From the NCBI GenBank assembly GCA_050246315.1, contig JBFWWG010000020.1, positions 1-35,948 on the forward strand: a stretch of DNA of 35,948 nt, given 5' to 3'. Made by a program: the position numbers and the translations under genes. The notes beneath the pieces were generated by a model. That model did no database searches and had not been told where the DNA came from. It was given only the letters and a program-made list of their open reading frames with translations. Position 1 is the first letter of the stretch. The number at the start of each line of letters is the position of its first letter. Shown here one piece after another: positions 18,918 to 28,432 of this stretch. The stretch comes from Nitrospiraceae bacterium (GTDB lineage: Bacteria; Nitrospirota; Nitrospiria; Nitrospirales; Nitrospiraceae).

Positions 18918-19043
18918 GTCGTGCTTTTTCCTCTCCGACGTTGGGTCCGGTACCCACTGGAGTGAGGCCAGCAAGTCAACTCCGACCACCTCGGAATGTC
19001 CATCCATTGACATGGGTGCTCCTCCGGAAACCATCGGTCACGG

Positions 19044-19230
19044 TCACTCGATGGTCGCCTTCTCGATCTTGCCGGTGAAGGTGAACGGCAGCTTGTAGGT
19101 GAAGTCTACGGTCGAACCGACGTCCTCGTCGATATCCATGCCTTCCCCCGGCGAGATCCGGAGCGATATGGTCTTGGGCAGTTGGCCGTCAGCCACCTTC
19201 GCGCCGTTCATCGCCATCGCCACGGGCGCC
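19044..19230 (-). pseudogene. 3' remnant of an arylsulfatase
   Basis: NGAKVADGQLPKTISLRISPGEGMDIDEDVGSTVDFTYKLPFTFTGKIEKATIE resembles the C-terminus of long bacterial arylsulfatases (D.G.D.G+PV...Y..PF.FTG.I.KV.I). Confidence 0.7.
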
Positions 19231-19262
19231 GGCTCGTTTATTTTCGGCAATCGTAGGTCTGA

Positions 19263-19898
19263 TCAGCGAATCTGCCGCCTGAGAGACATGTACTGCGGTT
19301 CCGGCAGCAACAGCCAGTTCGAGATCCCGGTCACGCCGTTCACGCCGGCTGCCGCCGCCTCGGCATGTACACGCTCATCTTCGCCCGACACCACTCCCAA
19401 CAGCACGACCTGTCCATCCAGGACTTCGACATGGACCCGGCTTTTGACGACACCGGGCGCCAGGGCCAGGGCAGAGGCGATCTCTGCCTTCAGCGTCAGA
19501 TCGGAGGCGGTGCGATTGGTAGAGCCTCCATCAGCCGAAGACGGCTTGACCGGAAGGTAGCCCTCCACGGATCGAAGGCCCGCAACAGTCCTGGCTGTCC
19601 GCAACAACGCCTCGGCCTGTTCACGGCGATCCACGTGACCGACCAGATAGGCGCGCTCCATGAACACATAGACGGAAATGAGACCGGAAAACCCCTGCTG
19701 CACGACCAGCGCTTCGTGTAGGTGGAGCTTGTGCCGATCATCCTGAGCGATCGTTCGTGGACTCAATTCGCTCTGCGCCGCCTCCGCCATGGCCTTGTAT
19801 TTGGCCCCTCCGCAGCCGCTTGAAGCGATCAGGGCAATCGACATCCCTGCGCCTTGCACCCATCTCCAGGTCGGGATCATGGCCCTTCTCTTCAACAT
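19263..19898 (-). CDS. Dual BON-domain lipoprotein (DolP/OsmY-like)
   Basis: Lipobox-like SSGC; two BON repeats (AYLVGHV...VAGLRSV; SDLTLKAEI...VVLLGVV...VNGVTGISN). Confidence 0.85.
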   Translation of the reverse strand: MLKRRAMIPTWRWVQGAGMSIALIASSGCGGAKYKAMAEAAQSELSPRTIAQDDRHKLHLHEALVVQQGFSGLISVYVFMERAYLVGHVDRREQAEALLRTARTVAGLRSVEGYLPVKPSSADGGSTNRTASDLTLKAEIASALALAPGVVKSRVHVEVLDGQVVLLGVVSGEDERVHAEAAAAGVNGVTGISNWLLLPEPQYMSLRRQIR

Positions 19899-20070
19899 GC
19901 CATCACCTCAACGACTGCCGGAAGGCTGTTGAACAAGCCTGCCAACCTGCTATCCAATGCACGTGGCAGGCACGGGGTGATCGCCTCTTGGTCTATTCGT
20001 CATGCGTCAACCGTAAACCGTCAATCGACCAACGATCAACAAGGTGGAATACGACGACCTCCCGCTCTAA

Positions 20071-20201
20071 CAGCCTGCGGAATACCTCGATTTGTGTGTT
20101 TGGACAGGCTCCGCAGGATCGAAAAACCGCAGTGTCTTCAACGAGCGATCCGTTCGTCCTGAGGCTCTCGAAGGATGAACGGAAGGTTATTCCGTAGGCT
20201 G
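20071..20201. repeat. Short MITE/REP-like element, family F2
   Basis: Ends CAGCCTGCGGAATA / TATTCCGTAGGCTG, flanked by CTAA and (C)CTAG. Internal hairpin CCGTTCGTCCT...AGGATGAACGG. Colinear with the reverse complement of 31436-31564. Confidence 0.7.
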
Positions 20202-20399
20202 CCTAGCGATCGACGAATGACGAGGGACGAATATCCGTTCTCCTGCTCGCTGCGATGTTGCGCGGGTGAGACTCATGCCGGGGTTGGGAGGTGAGGAAGG
20301 AGACCTTCCTCACCCTCTTGTAGGTGTTCTTCCAATTCCTTCAGCGCTCGTGTGCGGTGTCGGCTTGTCAGGAGGCCAAACTGGCTTTTCGCCAGCCTG

Positions 20400-21263
20400 T
20401 TAGAATAAGTACACAGTCCCGTAAAAATACGCCAAATTATACGAGAAATCGAACTCGAACCCGCCCCTGGATGTATCTTGCAAATCGGTGGCCAGTCGGT
20501 CGTAGGCGACGCCCATCGCGAAATGTTTGAATAGCCGATACTCAAGCCCAAAGTAGTACTCGAACATCGCGCCCTCGTAATTGCCTACCTTCAAATAGAA
20601 AAAGTCGGCACGAGTCTGAAACTGGAAGCGCGGCGTGATGGCATAGTTTACAAAGAGTCCAAACGACGGAAGCGGAACCGTCACATTTTCATTCACGGTG
20701 GTTTTGGTGGAAGGCTGATTGTTGGGAAGGGTAATGTTCCCTTGCGCTGTGAAATCAAATTTCGTTGCCGCCATATATACTCCGGGCGATATCCCAATTT
20801 CCGCTTTGTCGCTGTGATAAAAGGAGTAATTGTAGAGCAGGCGATAGAGATTCAGGTTCAGGTCGGAGTGGACGCTCGCGTTGGCAGCGATGATGTTGTC
20901 GCCGATCTGAATTTGCTGGTCGAGAATCGTGTTTTCTCCTCCCAGGCCGACCCGATACCACGAGAATCCCATGGCATGCCGCTCGTTGAATCGATAGAGG
21001 CTGTCGATTCTGAGCGCATTCGTGCTGTTGTCCCCGCCTAAGGTTTTTGCAAAGTCCACGCTCGACCCGATACCGGTTCTGTCGCCGCGAACCGTGACGT
21101 CCGCATTGACTCCGAACACATAGGCCCACCCGCCGCGGATCATGAGCCGGTCGTGAAGCGGCTCCTTAGGCGGTTCCTCCTCGGCCCGAATCATGCCGGG
21201 CGTCCCGAAGACCAGGAGGACAGCCGAGACCGTCAGCGCGGATATCCAAGAGGTCCCACTCAT
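20400..21263 (-). CDS. Predicted outer-membrane beta-barrel protein
   Basis: Signal peptide, aromatic-rich alternating strands, C-terminal YFYGTVYLF; GGAGGAG RBS. Confidence 0.82.
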   Translation of the reverse strand: MSGTSWISALTVSAVLLVFGTPGMIRAEEEPPKEPLHDRLMIRGGWAYVFGVNADVTVRGDRTGIGSSVDFAKTLGGDNSTNALRIDSLYRFNERHAMGFSWYRVGLGGENTILDQQIQIGDNIIAANASVHSDLNLNLYRLLYNYSFYHSDKAEIGISPGVYMAATKFDFTAQGNITLPNNQPSTKTTVNENVTVPLPSFGLFVNYAITPRFQFQTRADFFYLKVGNYEGAMFEYYFGLEYRLFKHFAMGVAYDRLATDLQDTSRGGFEFDFSYNLAYFYGTVYLF

Positions 21264-21296
21264 CGTCTCTCCTCCATTATAAAAGCCGTGGCCGTC

Positions 21297-23126
21297 CTAC
21301 CCTCGCGCCTGGGCGTAGAGCGGTGACCCCTCCGGCGGATAATCCAGCGAACCCTTGACCTCGGCGATCTTCTCCTTCGGAAAATTCGGAAGGTACAGGG
21401 CCTGATTCAATTTCCAGTCTTTGACTTGCGCAGCCACTGCCTGCGCTCGCTGGTCGTCGAACGGCTTCCCTGGCAATTCATACTGGATTTGAGCGGGGAA
21501 TGCAAAGTCCGACCCGGCGGCGGCGATGATTTCCATGACCCTGAGGTTCAGGTCTTCAGCGATCTCGAGGGATTCCGTATAGTCGGTCACATCAATATAG
21601 GCAAAGATGTCCAGGTCGAGTGAGTATTCGCCGAAGCCCGAAAAGCGGACGTGGAGCGGCTCGGATAGGACTTTCGGGTGGGCGTAGAGCATCCTCCGGG
21701 TCTCCACCAGGATGTAACGGATTTGATCGGGCGTGGTCTCGTACCGGAGACTTAACCGGGGGTGGTACCAAAAGCGATCGCGCCTCGACAGATTGTCGAG
21801 GTGCATGTTGGAGAATTCGGCGTTCGCGATCGTGATGACGCTACGCTCCAGGGTCCGTATACGAGTGGCGCGGAGGCCGATCTCTTCCACGGTCCCCATC
21901 TTGTCCCCGAACCGGCAGAAGTCCCCTACCCGGACCGGTTGCCCGGTAAAGAGCGTGACGGCGCCGAAGATGTTTTCGAGCGTTTTCTGCGAGGCGAGGG
22001 CGACAGCCACCCCGCTGATGCTGAGTCCGGCCAGCAATGTGGTCACCTTGAATCCAATGTTGTCGAGCCAGAGGAGCAGGGCGGCGGTGATCGCCACGGC
22101 CTTGAGAAGCCTGGCCAGGGGCTTCAAGAGCACCAGAGTGCCCCCCAGGCCCTGGCGATCGAGATTGGCGCTCGTGCGGTGAGCCACGAAGTCCACGACC
22201 CGGAGGAGCAGCCAGGCCACAGCGAACACCAGGATCGTCCTGGCCTCTCCCACCGCTCGAAGCGCAACGGACGGCCCTACCAATTCCAAGACGTACCTGC
22301 CCAAGACCGCCCAGATGACCAGGCGCAGCGGGGTCGAGAAAAAGCGGGCCACGTTGTCCGCCAACTCGGTGTTGAAGCGCCTCAGGACGTAAATGGTGGA
22401 CTGTGCGATGAGGATGGCGACCGGATACAGCGCAGCCCCGAGGACGATGACCAGCATCCACAACCAGAGGTTGATGCCCAGCAGCGAGACATCGAACATC
22501 CAGGGTGGCAGGACTTGTTCGAGCGATCCATAGCCGAACTCCTCGTACAGCTTGGGAATGTCGGCGACGGTGACGCCGGCGAACTTCCAGATGTACAAGC
22601 CGTCTTCTCGAGGAATCCGCTGCAAGAAGATGTCGAAGGTTTGATCTCGCCCCGAGATCCTGCCGACACGATCGCGAGCAGGGTGAAGATCGTCGGCTTG
22701 ATCGCCTGCGGGGGTGGCGCTCAGGGCGTCGAGGTCGATCCAGAGGGTCCGGTCCAGTATAATTTTCAACTGGCGGGCCAGTTCTGGTCCTTGGCTCTGA
22801 ATCGTTTCCGCCGGGAGATTGCGGAGATCGAGGTACTCGGCCGCCTTGGCATAGTTTCGATTGCCCGCTGCCGTGAGGAAGCCACGGACACTCGATCGCG
22901 GCAGGCCTCGATCCAGTGGATCGTCGGGAATGTCGCCTCGCAGGGTTTCCGCCTCAACTTGGTCCGCCGGCCGATCCGCTTGTGGTCGCTTCTGAACCAA
23001 CTCGCGTAAGGTCGGTTGCGTCGGCTCGGTTCCGGCGATCGACGGCGTTGTCCAAGACACCCCACACATCATCGCGAGCGAGAGAAGAATCGTCGCAGTT
23101 CGGAAACGTGCCGCCTGTCTGTTCAT
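21297..23126 (-). CDS. MscS-family mechanosensitive channel with N-terminal periplasmic domain
   Basis: LLAGLSISGVAVALASQKTLENIFG, PVRVGDFC, GTVEEIGLRATRIRT, FAFP. AAGGAGG RBS before MNRQ at 23126. Confidence 0.92.
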   Translation of the reverse strand: MNRQAARFRTATILLSLAMMCGVSWTTPSIAGTEPTQPTLRELVQKRPQADRPADQVEAETLRGDIPDDPLDRGLPRSSVRGFLTAAGNRNYAKAAEYLDLRNLPAETIQSQGPELARQLKIILDRTLWIDLDALSATPAGDQADDLHPARDRVGRISGRDQTFDIFLQRIPREDGLYIWKFAGVTVADIPKLYEEFGYGSLEQVLPPWMFDVSLLGINLWLWMLVIVLGAALYPVAILIAQSTIYVLRRFNTELADNVARFFSTPLRLVIWAVLGRYVLELVGPSVALRAVGEARTILVFAVAWLLLRVVDFVAHRTSANLDRQGLGGTLVLLKPLARLLKAVAITAALLLWLDNIGFKVTTLLAGLSISGVAVALASQKTLENIFGAVTLFTGQPVRVGDFCRFGDKMGTVEEIGLRATRIRTLERSVITIANAEFSNMHLDNLSRRDRFWYHPRLSLRYETTPDQIRYILVETRRMLYAHPKVLSEPLHVRFSGFGEYSLDLDIFAYIDVTDYTESLEIAEDLNLRVMEIIAAAGSDFAFPAQIQYELPGKPFDDQRAQAVAAQVKDWKLNQALYLPNFPKEKIAEVKGSLDYPPEGSPLYAQARG

Positions 23127-23249
23127 GGTCAAACCTCCTTGACTGATGTCGAAATGTGCCGAAGGCCCGCGACCGGTGCCGCGGCGGAGATAAGTTCCGA
23201 CCGGCATACGAGGACGGCAACAATCAACGCTCGGAGACTTCCGACACGC

Positions 23250-23435
23250 CTACCTCTTGTCGAACTTGATGAACTTGAGCCCCTCCGGCGTCAGGTTTCG
23301 CAGGAGGTCTTTCCGGTCGAACAGAAATCCGGCGATCTGATCCTTGATGTTGGTGGTGTCGATCCAATCTCCGGCGCCGGCCGTCACCAGCCCAAACGGC
23401 CCGCCGCACCGACTTTCCAGACTTCTCTCATTCGA
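23250..23435 (-). pseudogene. Degenerate 3' remnant of a Ysc84/SYLF-like gene
   Basis: WKVGAAG, then a frameshift, then LVTAGAGDWIDTTNIKDQIAGFLFDRKDLLRNLTPEGLKFIKFDK, resembling the SYLF C-terminus (...+.GF+F..KGLM.NL+LEG.K.). Confidence 0.6.
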
Positions 23436-23539
23436 TCTCCGTCGGCCAGCACACGCGAGATCGGGCCGCCTCGCCGGTGTTGACCACAAATCCGCGGATG
23501 GGCGGACTCCCTATAACACTCTCTGCCGAGAGATACTAG

Positions 23540-23640
23540 CCCGCATTATTCATGACGGTTCGTGACGGTTGCACCCATTGCACCTGGATGGCAACGGGTC
23601 GCACGGCGGTCGCAGCAGAAGCGTCCATGAATAATGCCGC
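23540..23640. mobile_element. F1 MITE, 101-bp internally deleted copy in opposite orientation
   Basis: CTAG|CCCGCATTATTCATGA ... CCATGAATAATGCCGC|CTAG. Confidence 0.82.
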
Positions 23641-23976
23641 CTAGCCCGAGTAAGTCTCCATCGCGAGGCGTTTTTATGGTAAACCAAGCCGGAAGCCAGA
23701 ACGAAATGCTTCTGTTTGAGAAGGATTGTCTATGACCCGACGCTTCCTTGTGGCGCCAGCACGGTCGGCAACGGTTGTTGCAGGCTGTGCCCGCTATTCC
23801 GTGAATGACAAACTGAAGAGGGGTGAGCCGGTGGATGGCCTGTGGGAAGCGGCGCCCTGGCTGGTCTTCGGTTCGTCGCATTTCCCGTGGCTGGCGAGCG
23901 ATCTCGCCGGCAGGTTTCCCGAATTAGGAGGGACCTCGGGTGCTCCTCCCCGAATCCACCAGGTGACAGCTTTCTG

Positions 23977-25026
23977 ATGCCCGTTTGCAGGAGGGGTCAG
24001 ACAAGAGAGACTCGGCGAGGTCGCGGCCGGTCGATACTCCTAGCCGTACTCTCCGTGCTCCTACTCGTCCCCGTCGTCTCACATGCCGACGTGGTCTTGC
24101 TCACGAACGGCGAATCGGTTCGAGGCAAGATCCTGGCGATGGAGGACCAGAGTCTCGAGGTCGAGACGGACTTTGCCGGCAAGATCAGAATCGACTGGGC
24201 GAAGGTCCAAGGGTTGACGTCGGATCGGCCCCTCTCGCTGAATTTCCATGCCACGTCCGACATTCCAGAGGGCATCGGCCTGCGGGACGGCGACCGGCTC
24301 ATCGTGACGCAGTTGCAGGCCGGCGGGCCGATTCGTCTGCGGGACATTAAGGCCATCAACGCGACGGAACTCTATTACAGAGGGTACGCCAGCGCCGGCG
24401 GCAATCAGACCACCGGGAATTCCAGGACGCAAGCGCTCAACCTGACAGGTTCGTTTACATTGCGGCGCGATCGTGACCGCCTGCAGATCGACGCGAGGTA
24501 CATTCGAGGGGAGGCCGAAGGGGAATTGACCGCCCAGAACGCACGCGGCTCCTCCCGGTACGATTACTTCCTTTCCAGGCAGACCTTCCTGTTCGGCGAT
24601 CAGCTTTTAGAATACGACCTGTTCCAGAATCTGGAGCTTCGCAGCACGTCGGCGGTGGGTCTGGGCTACGACGTCTTCGATCGGAAGACCCGCTCACTCT
24701 CGTTCGGCGGGGGGCCGACGTTCGTCTACGAAGACTTTACCACCGAGCCGGCCACGGCGACCCCATCGGCCATGTGGTTCGTGCGCTGGTACCAAGAGTT
24801 CCGCGGCGGGGACGTGAGGATCTTCCATAAGCATCAGGGGTTTCAAGACTACGGGACAAGGGATGGGTTTCGCCTGAACGCCTCTCAAGGGATTCGGGTC
24901 AAGGTCTTCGGAGATTTCTCGCTCAATCTGGAGTATGACATCCGATACAATACGCAGCCGGCCCCCGGTCGAAAGGAGCTGGATACGACGCTGATCATCG
25001 GTTTCGCCTATGAAATCGAACGGTAA
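23977..25026 (+). CDS. DUF481/YdiY-like outer-membrane beta-barrel with N-terminal extra domain
   Basis: Signal peptide ending SHA-DVVLLTNGE; GGNQTTGNS, RYDYF, LELRSTSAVGLGY, DTTLIIGFAY. Confidence 0.8.
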   Translation: MPVCRRGQTRETRRGRGRSILLAVLSVLLLVPVVSHADVVLLTNGESVRGKILAMEDQSLEVETDFAGKIRIDWAKVQGLTSDRPLSLNFHATSDIPEGIGLRDGDRLIVTQLQAGGPIRLRDIKAINATELYYRGYASAGGNQTTGNSRTQALNLTGSFTLRRDRDRLQIDARYIRGEAEGELTAQNARGSSRYDYFLSRQTFLFGDQLLEYDLFQNLELRSTSAVGLGYDVFDRKTRSLSFGGGPTFVYEDFTTEPATATPSAMWFVRWYQEFRGGDVRIFHKHQGFQDYGTRDGFRLNASQGIRVKVFGDFSLNLEYDIRYNTQPAPGRKELDTTLIIGFAYEIER

Positions 25027-25074
25027 ATTTGCGCCGCGTTCCGACATGGTCTATGCCGGATGTCGGCCTTGCGA

Positions 25075-25893
25075 TCATGTGGCATTGTCGGGCCCCTTCT
25101 CCGGCTGCGGCGCCTGGATCAAGGCGTCAAAAAGCTTGTACAGCGGCGTATAGGTTGTCGCCGTCCGGCCGTTCACAAGATCCGTCACGATACTCGCCAT
25201 GACGACTCGAACCATGTCTTTGAAGTAGACCGGATCCTGGGACATCGCTTCGCCTTGCATGGTCCCTTCGGCTATGGAGGACCAGAGCAATGCGCCGGTC
25301 TCGGAATCCCACAATTGCAACGAGAGCCGCATGACGGTGGCGCGCGTTTGAGAGATCCTGACGCCAAATACGGGGAATGACCAGCGATCGGTCATGTGCT
25401 GCACGAACATCATCAAGCGGGGCTGGAAGATATAGCGTGCGCCCACGGCGGCTCCGAGCTTTCGCAACGGCTCGCGATTCAAGATATTGGCCTGTTCCGC
25501 GACCGTCCTCATCTTTGCATAGTCTTCCGTCAGGCCTTGCGTGTTGATGCGTGTAAACGTGTCCCTCGGATCGATGACGTGGATGTTGGGAGCGACCTTG
25601 CCCATGATCTCAGCCAGAAAGTTCTCAATTCCGACCTCGTTTCCCATCAGCGGGATGAGCGCCGGAGCCCCGAATATCGCGACCGGTTCTCCCGTGAAGA
25701 CGGCATGCTCTGGCGGCAATGAACGCGGCGTCGAGTTGGTTTGGACCTGCCAGCCATGCATCGAACTCGAGCAACCCGCCGCAACCGACACGAGCACCAG
25801 AGCCGCACAGAGTACACCGTGTGGCAACGGCACACGATTCATCTTGCAGGCCTTGGGTCCGTTGTCGCCGTGCCGGAAATTTCTGTTCCCCAT
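25075..25893 (-). CDS. Hypothetical lipoprotein
   Basis: GGAGG RBS before 25893 (alternative start 25842); lipobox AAGC; LQLWDSETGALLWS typical of periplasmic alpha/beta lipoproteins. Confidence 0.75.
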   Translation of the reverse strand: MGNRNFRHGDNGPKACKMNRVPLPHGVLCAALVLVSVAAGCSSSMHGWQVQTNSTPRSLPPEHAVFTGEPVAIFGAPALIPLMGNEVGIENFLAEIMGKVAPNIHVIDPRDTFTRINTQGLTEDYAKMRTVAEQANILNREPLRKLGAAVGARYIFQPRLMMFVQHMTDRWSFPVFGVRISQTRATVMRLSLQLWDSETGALLWSSIAEGTMQGEAMSQDPVYFKDMVRVVMASIVTDLVNGRTATTYTPLYKLFDALIQAPQPEKGPDNAT

Positions 25894-26101
25894 TGAACCT
25901 CCGTTGGAAAGAGAAGACATGCATGTTCGGGCTAGCCCACGGTGCTCAACGCATCATCGATTGATGCCAACCCGTTCCTCTATAGCCTAGCACCCACGTT
26001 CTGATCAATACGAAACCGGTCGGGCGGCCTGGAACGGTGAGAGTTTGAATCGTTGCATCGGTTGACCATTCGGACTATCCACGGGTGTGATTGTATGTCG
26101 A

Positions 26102-26130
26102 TTGACATCATGATGCTCTTGGCTTAGCGT
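26102..26130 (+). promoter_or_regulatory. Sigma70-type promoter of a leaderless antitoxin gene
   Basis: TTGACA, 17 bp, TAGCGT; ATG 6 nt after the -10. Palindrome CATCATGATG overlaps the -35 and spacer. Confidence 0.6.
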
Positions 26131-26136
26131 CAACAC

Positions 26137-26385
26137 ATGCGCACCACGCTGACTCTCGATGACGATGTCGCCGCCAAGCTCAAGACGGAGATGCGTCGTC
26201 CTGGTCGCTCCTTCCGAGAGACCGTGAATGAGATGTTACGGCGCGGCCTTTCGACAAGGCACAGCCAGTCCCCCAAGCAGCCCTTCAGGGTGGTGACCCG
26301 GGACCTCGGAACGCTCTTGCCTGGACTCACCCTGGACAATATCGCCGATTTGCTGGAGCAGGTGGAAGGCCCGCTCCATCGATGA
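26137..26385 (+). CDS. vapB: VapB-type RHH antitoxin
   Basis: MRTTLTLDDDVAAKLK...SFRETVNEMLRRGL. Confidence 0.85.
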   Translation: MRTTLTLDDDVAAKLKTEMRRPGRSFRETVNEMLRRGLSTRHSQSPKQPFRVVTRDLGTLLPGLTLDNIADLLEQVEGPLHR

Positions 26386-26465
26386 TCCTCGTTGAGGTCA
26401 ACCTCCTCCGCTATGCCTACCACCCACGGTCGGATCCCGCCGGTGGATGGAGCTGTAAATCGTGA
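26382..26465 (+). pseudogene. vapC: Truncated VapC (first ~18 codons only)
   Basis: ATGA overlap with the antitoxin; MILVEVNLLRYAYHPRS resembles the PIN N-terminus MILVDxNLLxYA; stop after 27 codons. Confidence 0.8.
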
Positions 26466-26470
26466 CAGAG
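26451..26470. promoter_or_regulatory. Palindromic operator AGCTGTAAATCGTGACAGAG (box 3)
   Basis: One mismatch to CTGTCA-N4-TGACAG; lies just past the vapC break point; target gene unclear. Confidence 0.5.
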
Positions 26471-26609
26471 GCTGGCGGCCTCCTCGCCGTCGCTCACCTC
26501 GGGCCCTCTATCGCGCCGGCTGCCAGGTCATGTTGAATCGGGCTCCGGCAGACTGTAGAGGCGTGGCATGACGTTCCGGCCCTTGTCCGGCCGTTATCAA
26601 CAAGTTACA

Positions 26610-26837
26610 ATGGCGGCGATGTTGGACTGGAGCCAGTGCAGAGCAGTCGAGCGCGTTCCCGGAAAGGTGAGCGGAGTCTGGGTGTTCGAGGGCACTCGCG
26701 TGCCGGTGCGTGCGTTGTTTGAGAACCTCGAAGGTGGGGCCAGCGTGATCGACTTCCTGAAATGGTTCCCTGGTGTCACGCACGAACAAGTCGTCGCCGT
26801 ATTGGAGCACACTGAACACAGTCTGGTCGAGACGTAA
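26610..26837 (+). CDS. DUF433-family antitoxin
   Basis: PGKVSGVWVFEGTRVPVRALFENLEGG...FPGVTHEQVVAVL. Confidence 0.88.
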   Translation: MAAMLDWSQCRAVERVPGKVSGVWVFEGTRVPVRALFENLEGGASVIDFLKWFPGVTHEQVVAVLEHTEHSLVET

Positions 26838-26864
26838 GCCCGACCTGATAGATAACCGCACGCG

Positions 26865-27201
26865 TTGCGAATCCTTTTCGATCAAGGCACCCCGGTCCCC
26901 CTGCGCCAAGTCTTGAGCGACCATATCGTCACGACAGCGTTCGAAATGGGATGGTCTAACTCTGAGCAACGGGGATCTCCTGCGAGTTGCGGAAGGACGA
27001 TTCGATGTGCTCATCACTACGGACCGGAACTTTCGATATCAACAGAACCTTACGGTACGGCAATTGGCCGTTCTGGTCTTGCCGACCACGAGTTGGCCAA
27101 CTATCAAAAACCACCTTGATAGCATCCTGAATGCACTGACAAACATTCACAACGGAGATTATCTCGAAATCTCGTTTTCTGGTGAGAACAACAGGACCTG
27201 A
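26865..27201 (+). pseudogene. DUF5615-type PIN-like toxin, frameshifted
   Basis: MRILFDQGTPVPL...GWSN, one extra base near 26961, then LSNGDLLRVAEGRFDVLITTDRNFRYQQNL to the stop at 27201. Confidence 0.85.
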
Positions 27202-27292
27202 TTCTTGCAGTTTCCTTGTTTGCTGCCCTCGGACTTGAAACAAATCTTCCACCTGCTTCTCGCTACCTGCTCACTACCATCGGATCTGGCAG

Positions 27293-27880
27293 CTACTCGA
27301 TTGAATAGGGTTGCGTCCGTAACACGGACACGGTCGCCGTGCCGGAAATTCCTGCATCGGTCAGCACGTAGGTGGAGAACCCCTTTTTGAGCAGATCGGT
27401 CGTGCCTCCACTGCCGGCAGCGCCCACGTCGCCGGCCTTGGCCGCGGCTTCCGCTTCAACGCCGGCATGCCACTTCCCATTGGCCAGGTCTCGCAATTTA
27501 TCGAGATCTTGGAAAACCAGCACGATCTTTTCCGCCCGGCCACCCCACCCCATCCCGAATTGCAGCTCAGGAATCCTCAGGTACGTCCGCTTTCCGGTTG
27601 CCTTCTCGACTGCGACGCCGGCGCCGCTCGCCCACCCCATCGTGGGGATCTTGATGGTGTCTTGTTCCGCCACCAGGTACCCGACGGATTCCTTTAACTC
27701 TTGCTCGGCTTTCGGCTGTTCTTTGACCAGGCGCGCCAGGGTGTCCTGTTCGAGCTTATCGAAGTAGGCCAACTTTTTCTCTTTGCTCCCCACCAGACCG
27801 CCCGCACAGGCCCCGAGCACGCCGATCAGGACAATGATCAATGCCGGTTTACCGAGTGCCATTCTTCTTGAAGCGCGCAT
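27293..27880 (-). CDS. Ysc84/SYLF-like lipoprotein
   Basis: Lipobox LGAC; GYLV, SGAGVA, FGMGWGG...IVLVF, GVEAEAAAKAG, YVLTDAGI pattern. Confidence 0.8.
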   Translation of the reverse strand: MRASRRMALGKPALIIVLIGVLGACAGGLVGSKEKKLAYFDKLEQDTLARLVKEQPKAEQELKESVGYLVAEQDTIKIPTMGWASGAGVAVEKATGKRTYLRIPELQFGMGWGGRAEKIVLVFQDLDKLRDLANGKWHAGVEAEAAAKAGDVGAAGSGGTTDLLKKGFSTYVLTDAGISGTATVSVLRTQPYSIE

Positions 27881-27947
27881 GTTGTGTTCCTTTCTTCATT
27901 GTCGGTGGAAGCTCGACGGATGGGCACCACAACTCGGAGCCGGCGCG

Positions 27948-27967
27948 AACTGTTAAAAGTGACAGGT
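27948..27967. promoter_or_regulatory. Palindromic operator AACTGTTAAAAGTGACAGGT (box 4)
   Basis: One mismatch to consensus; 68 bp upstream of the 27880 start. Confidence 0.68.
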
Positions 27968-28045
27968 TCTGGCGGCCTTTTCGGTATCACAAGCATCACC
28001 TCCTCGATTCGCCGGCAGCCAGACCTTGTTCAATCAGAGCGCAGT

Positions 28046-28432
28046 TCACACGTACATCGGCCGTCGGTCGGTAAGGGCGGCCCAGCCGCGAACGATCCGG
28101 TAGATGAACCAGAGCCCGACCAGCCCCATCGGCAGCCAGGCGAAGAGGATTCCGATGCCCAAGGTCGCGATGATGAAGAGGACGCAGAGCGAAATCCACA
28201 GCAGTCCGTACCAGAACGTCCGGATCTGCCACCGGAAGTGCGATTCGAGCCAGGTGCCGCGCGCCTCGCTCCGCTTCACGTAGTTCAGGATCACCGCGAT
28301 GATCGACGGCCAGCCGGTGAGGAAGGCGCCGACAATGGTTGCGGCCCCGATGACGCCGGTGAGCAGGCTGAACGCATGCAGCGCGTACACGACGTTTGTC
28401 CAGGTGACGAGGGGATCAGATGCCCGTTCCAT
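28046..28432 (-). CDS. Small membrane protein (DUF4870-like)
   Basis: YALHA...SIIAVILNYVKR...WLESHFRWQIRTFW...WFIYRIVRGW; GGAGG RBS. Confidence 0.82.
   Translation of the reverse strand: MERASDPLVTWTNVVYALHAFSLLTGVIGAATIVGAFLTGWPSIIAVILNYVKRSEARGTWLESHFRWQIRTFWYGLLWISLCVLFIIATLGIGILFAWLPMGLVGLWFIYRIVRGWAALTDRRPMYV

Noticed and set aside
18996..19013. ATGTCC-N6-TGACAT upstream of the SYLF pseudogene as a seventh box
   Set aside because: Wrong spacer length and several mismatches; could be a decayed site but cannot be supported.
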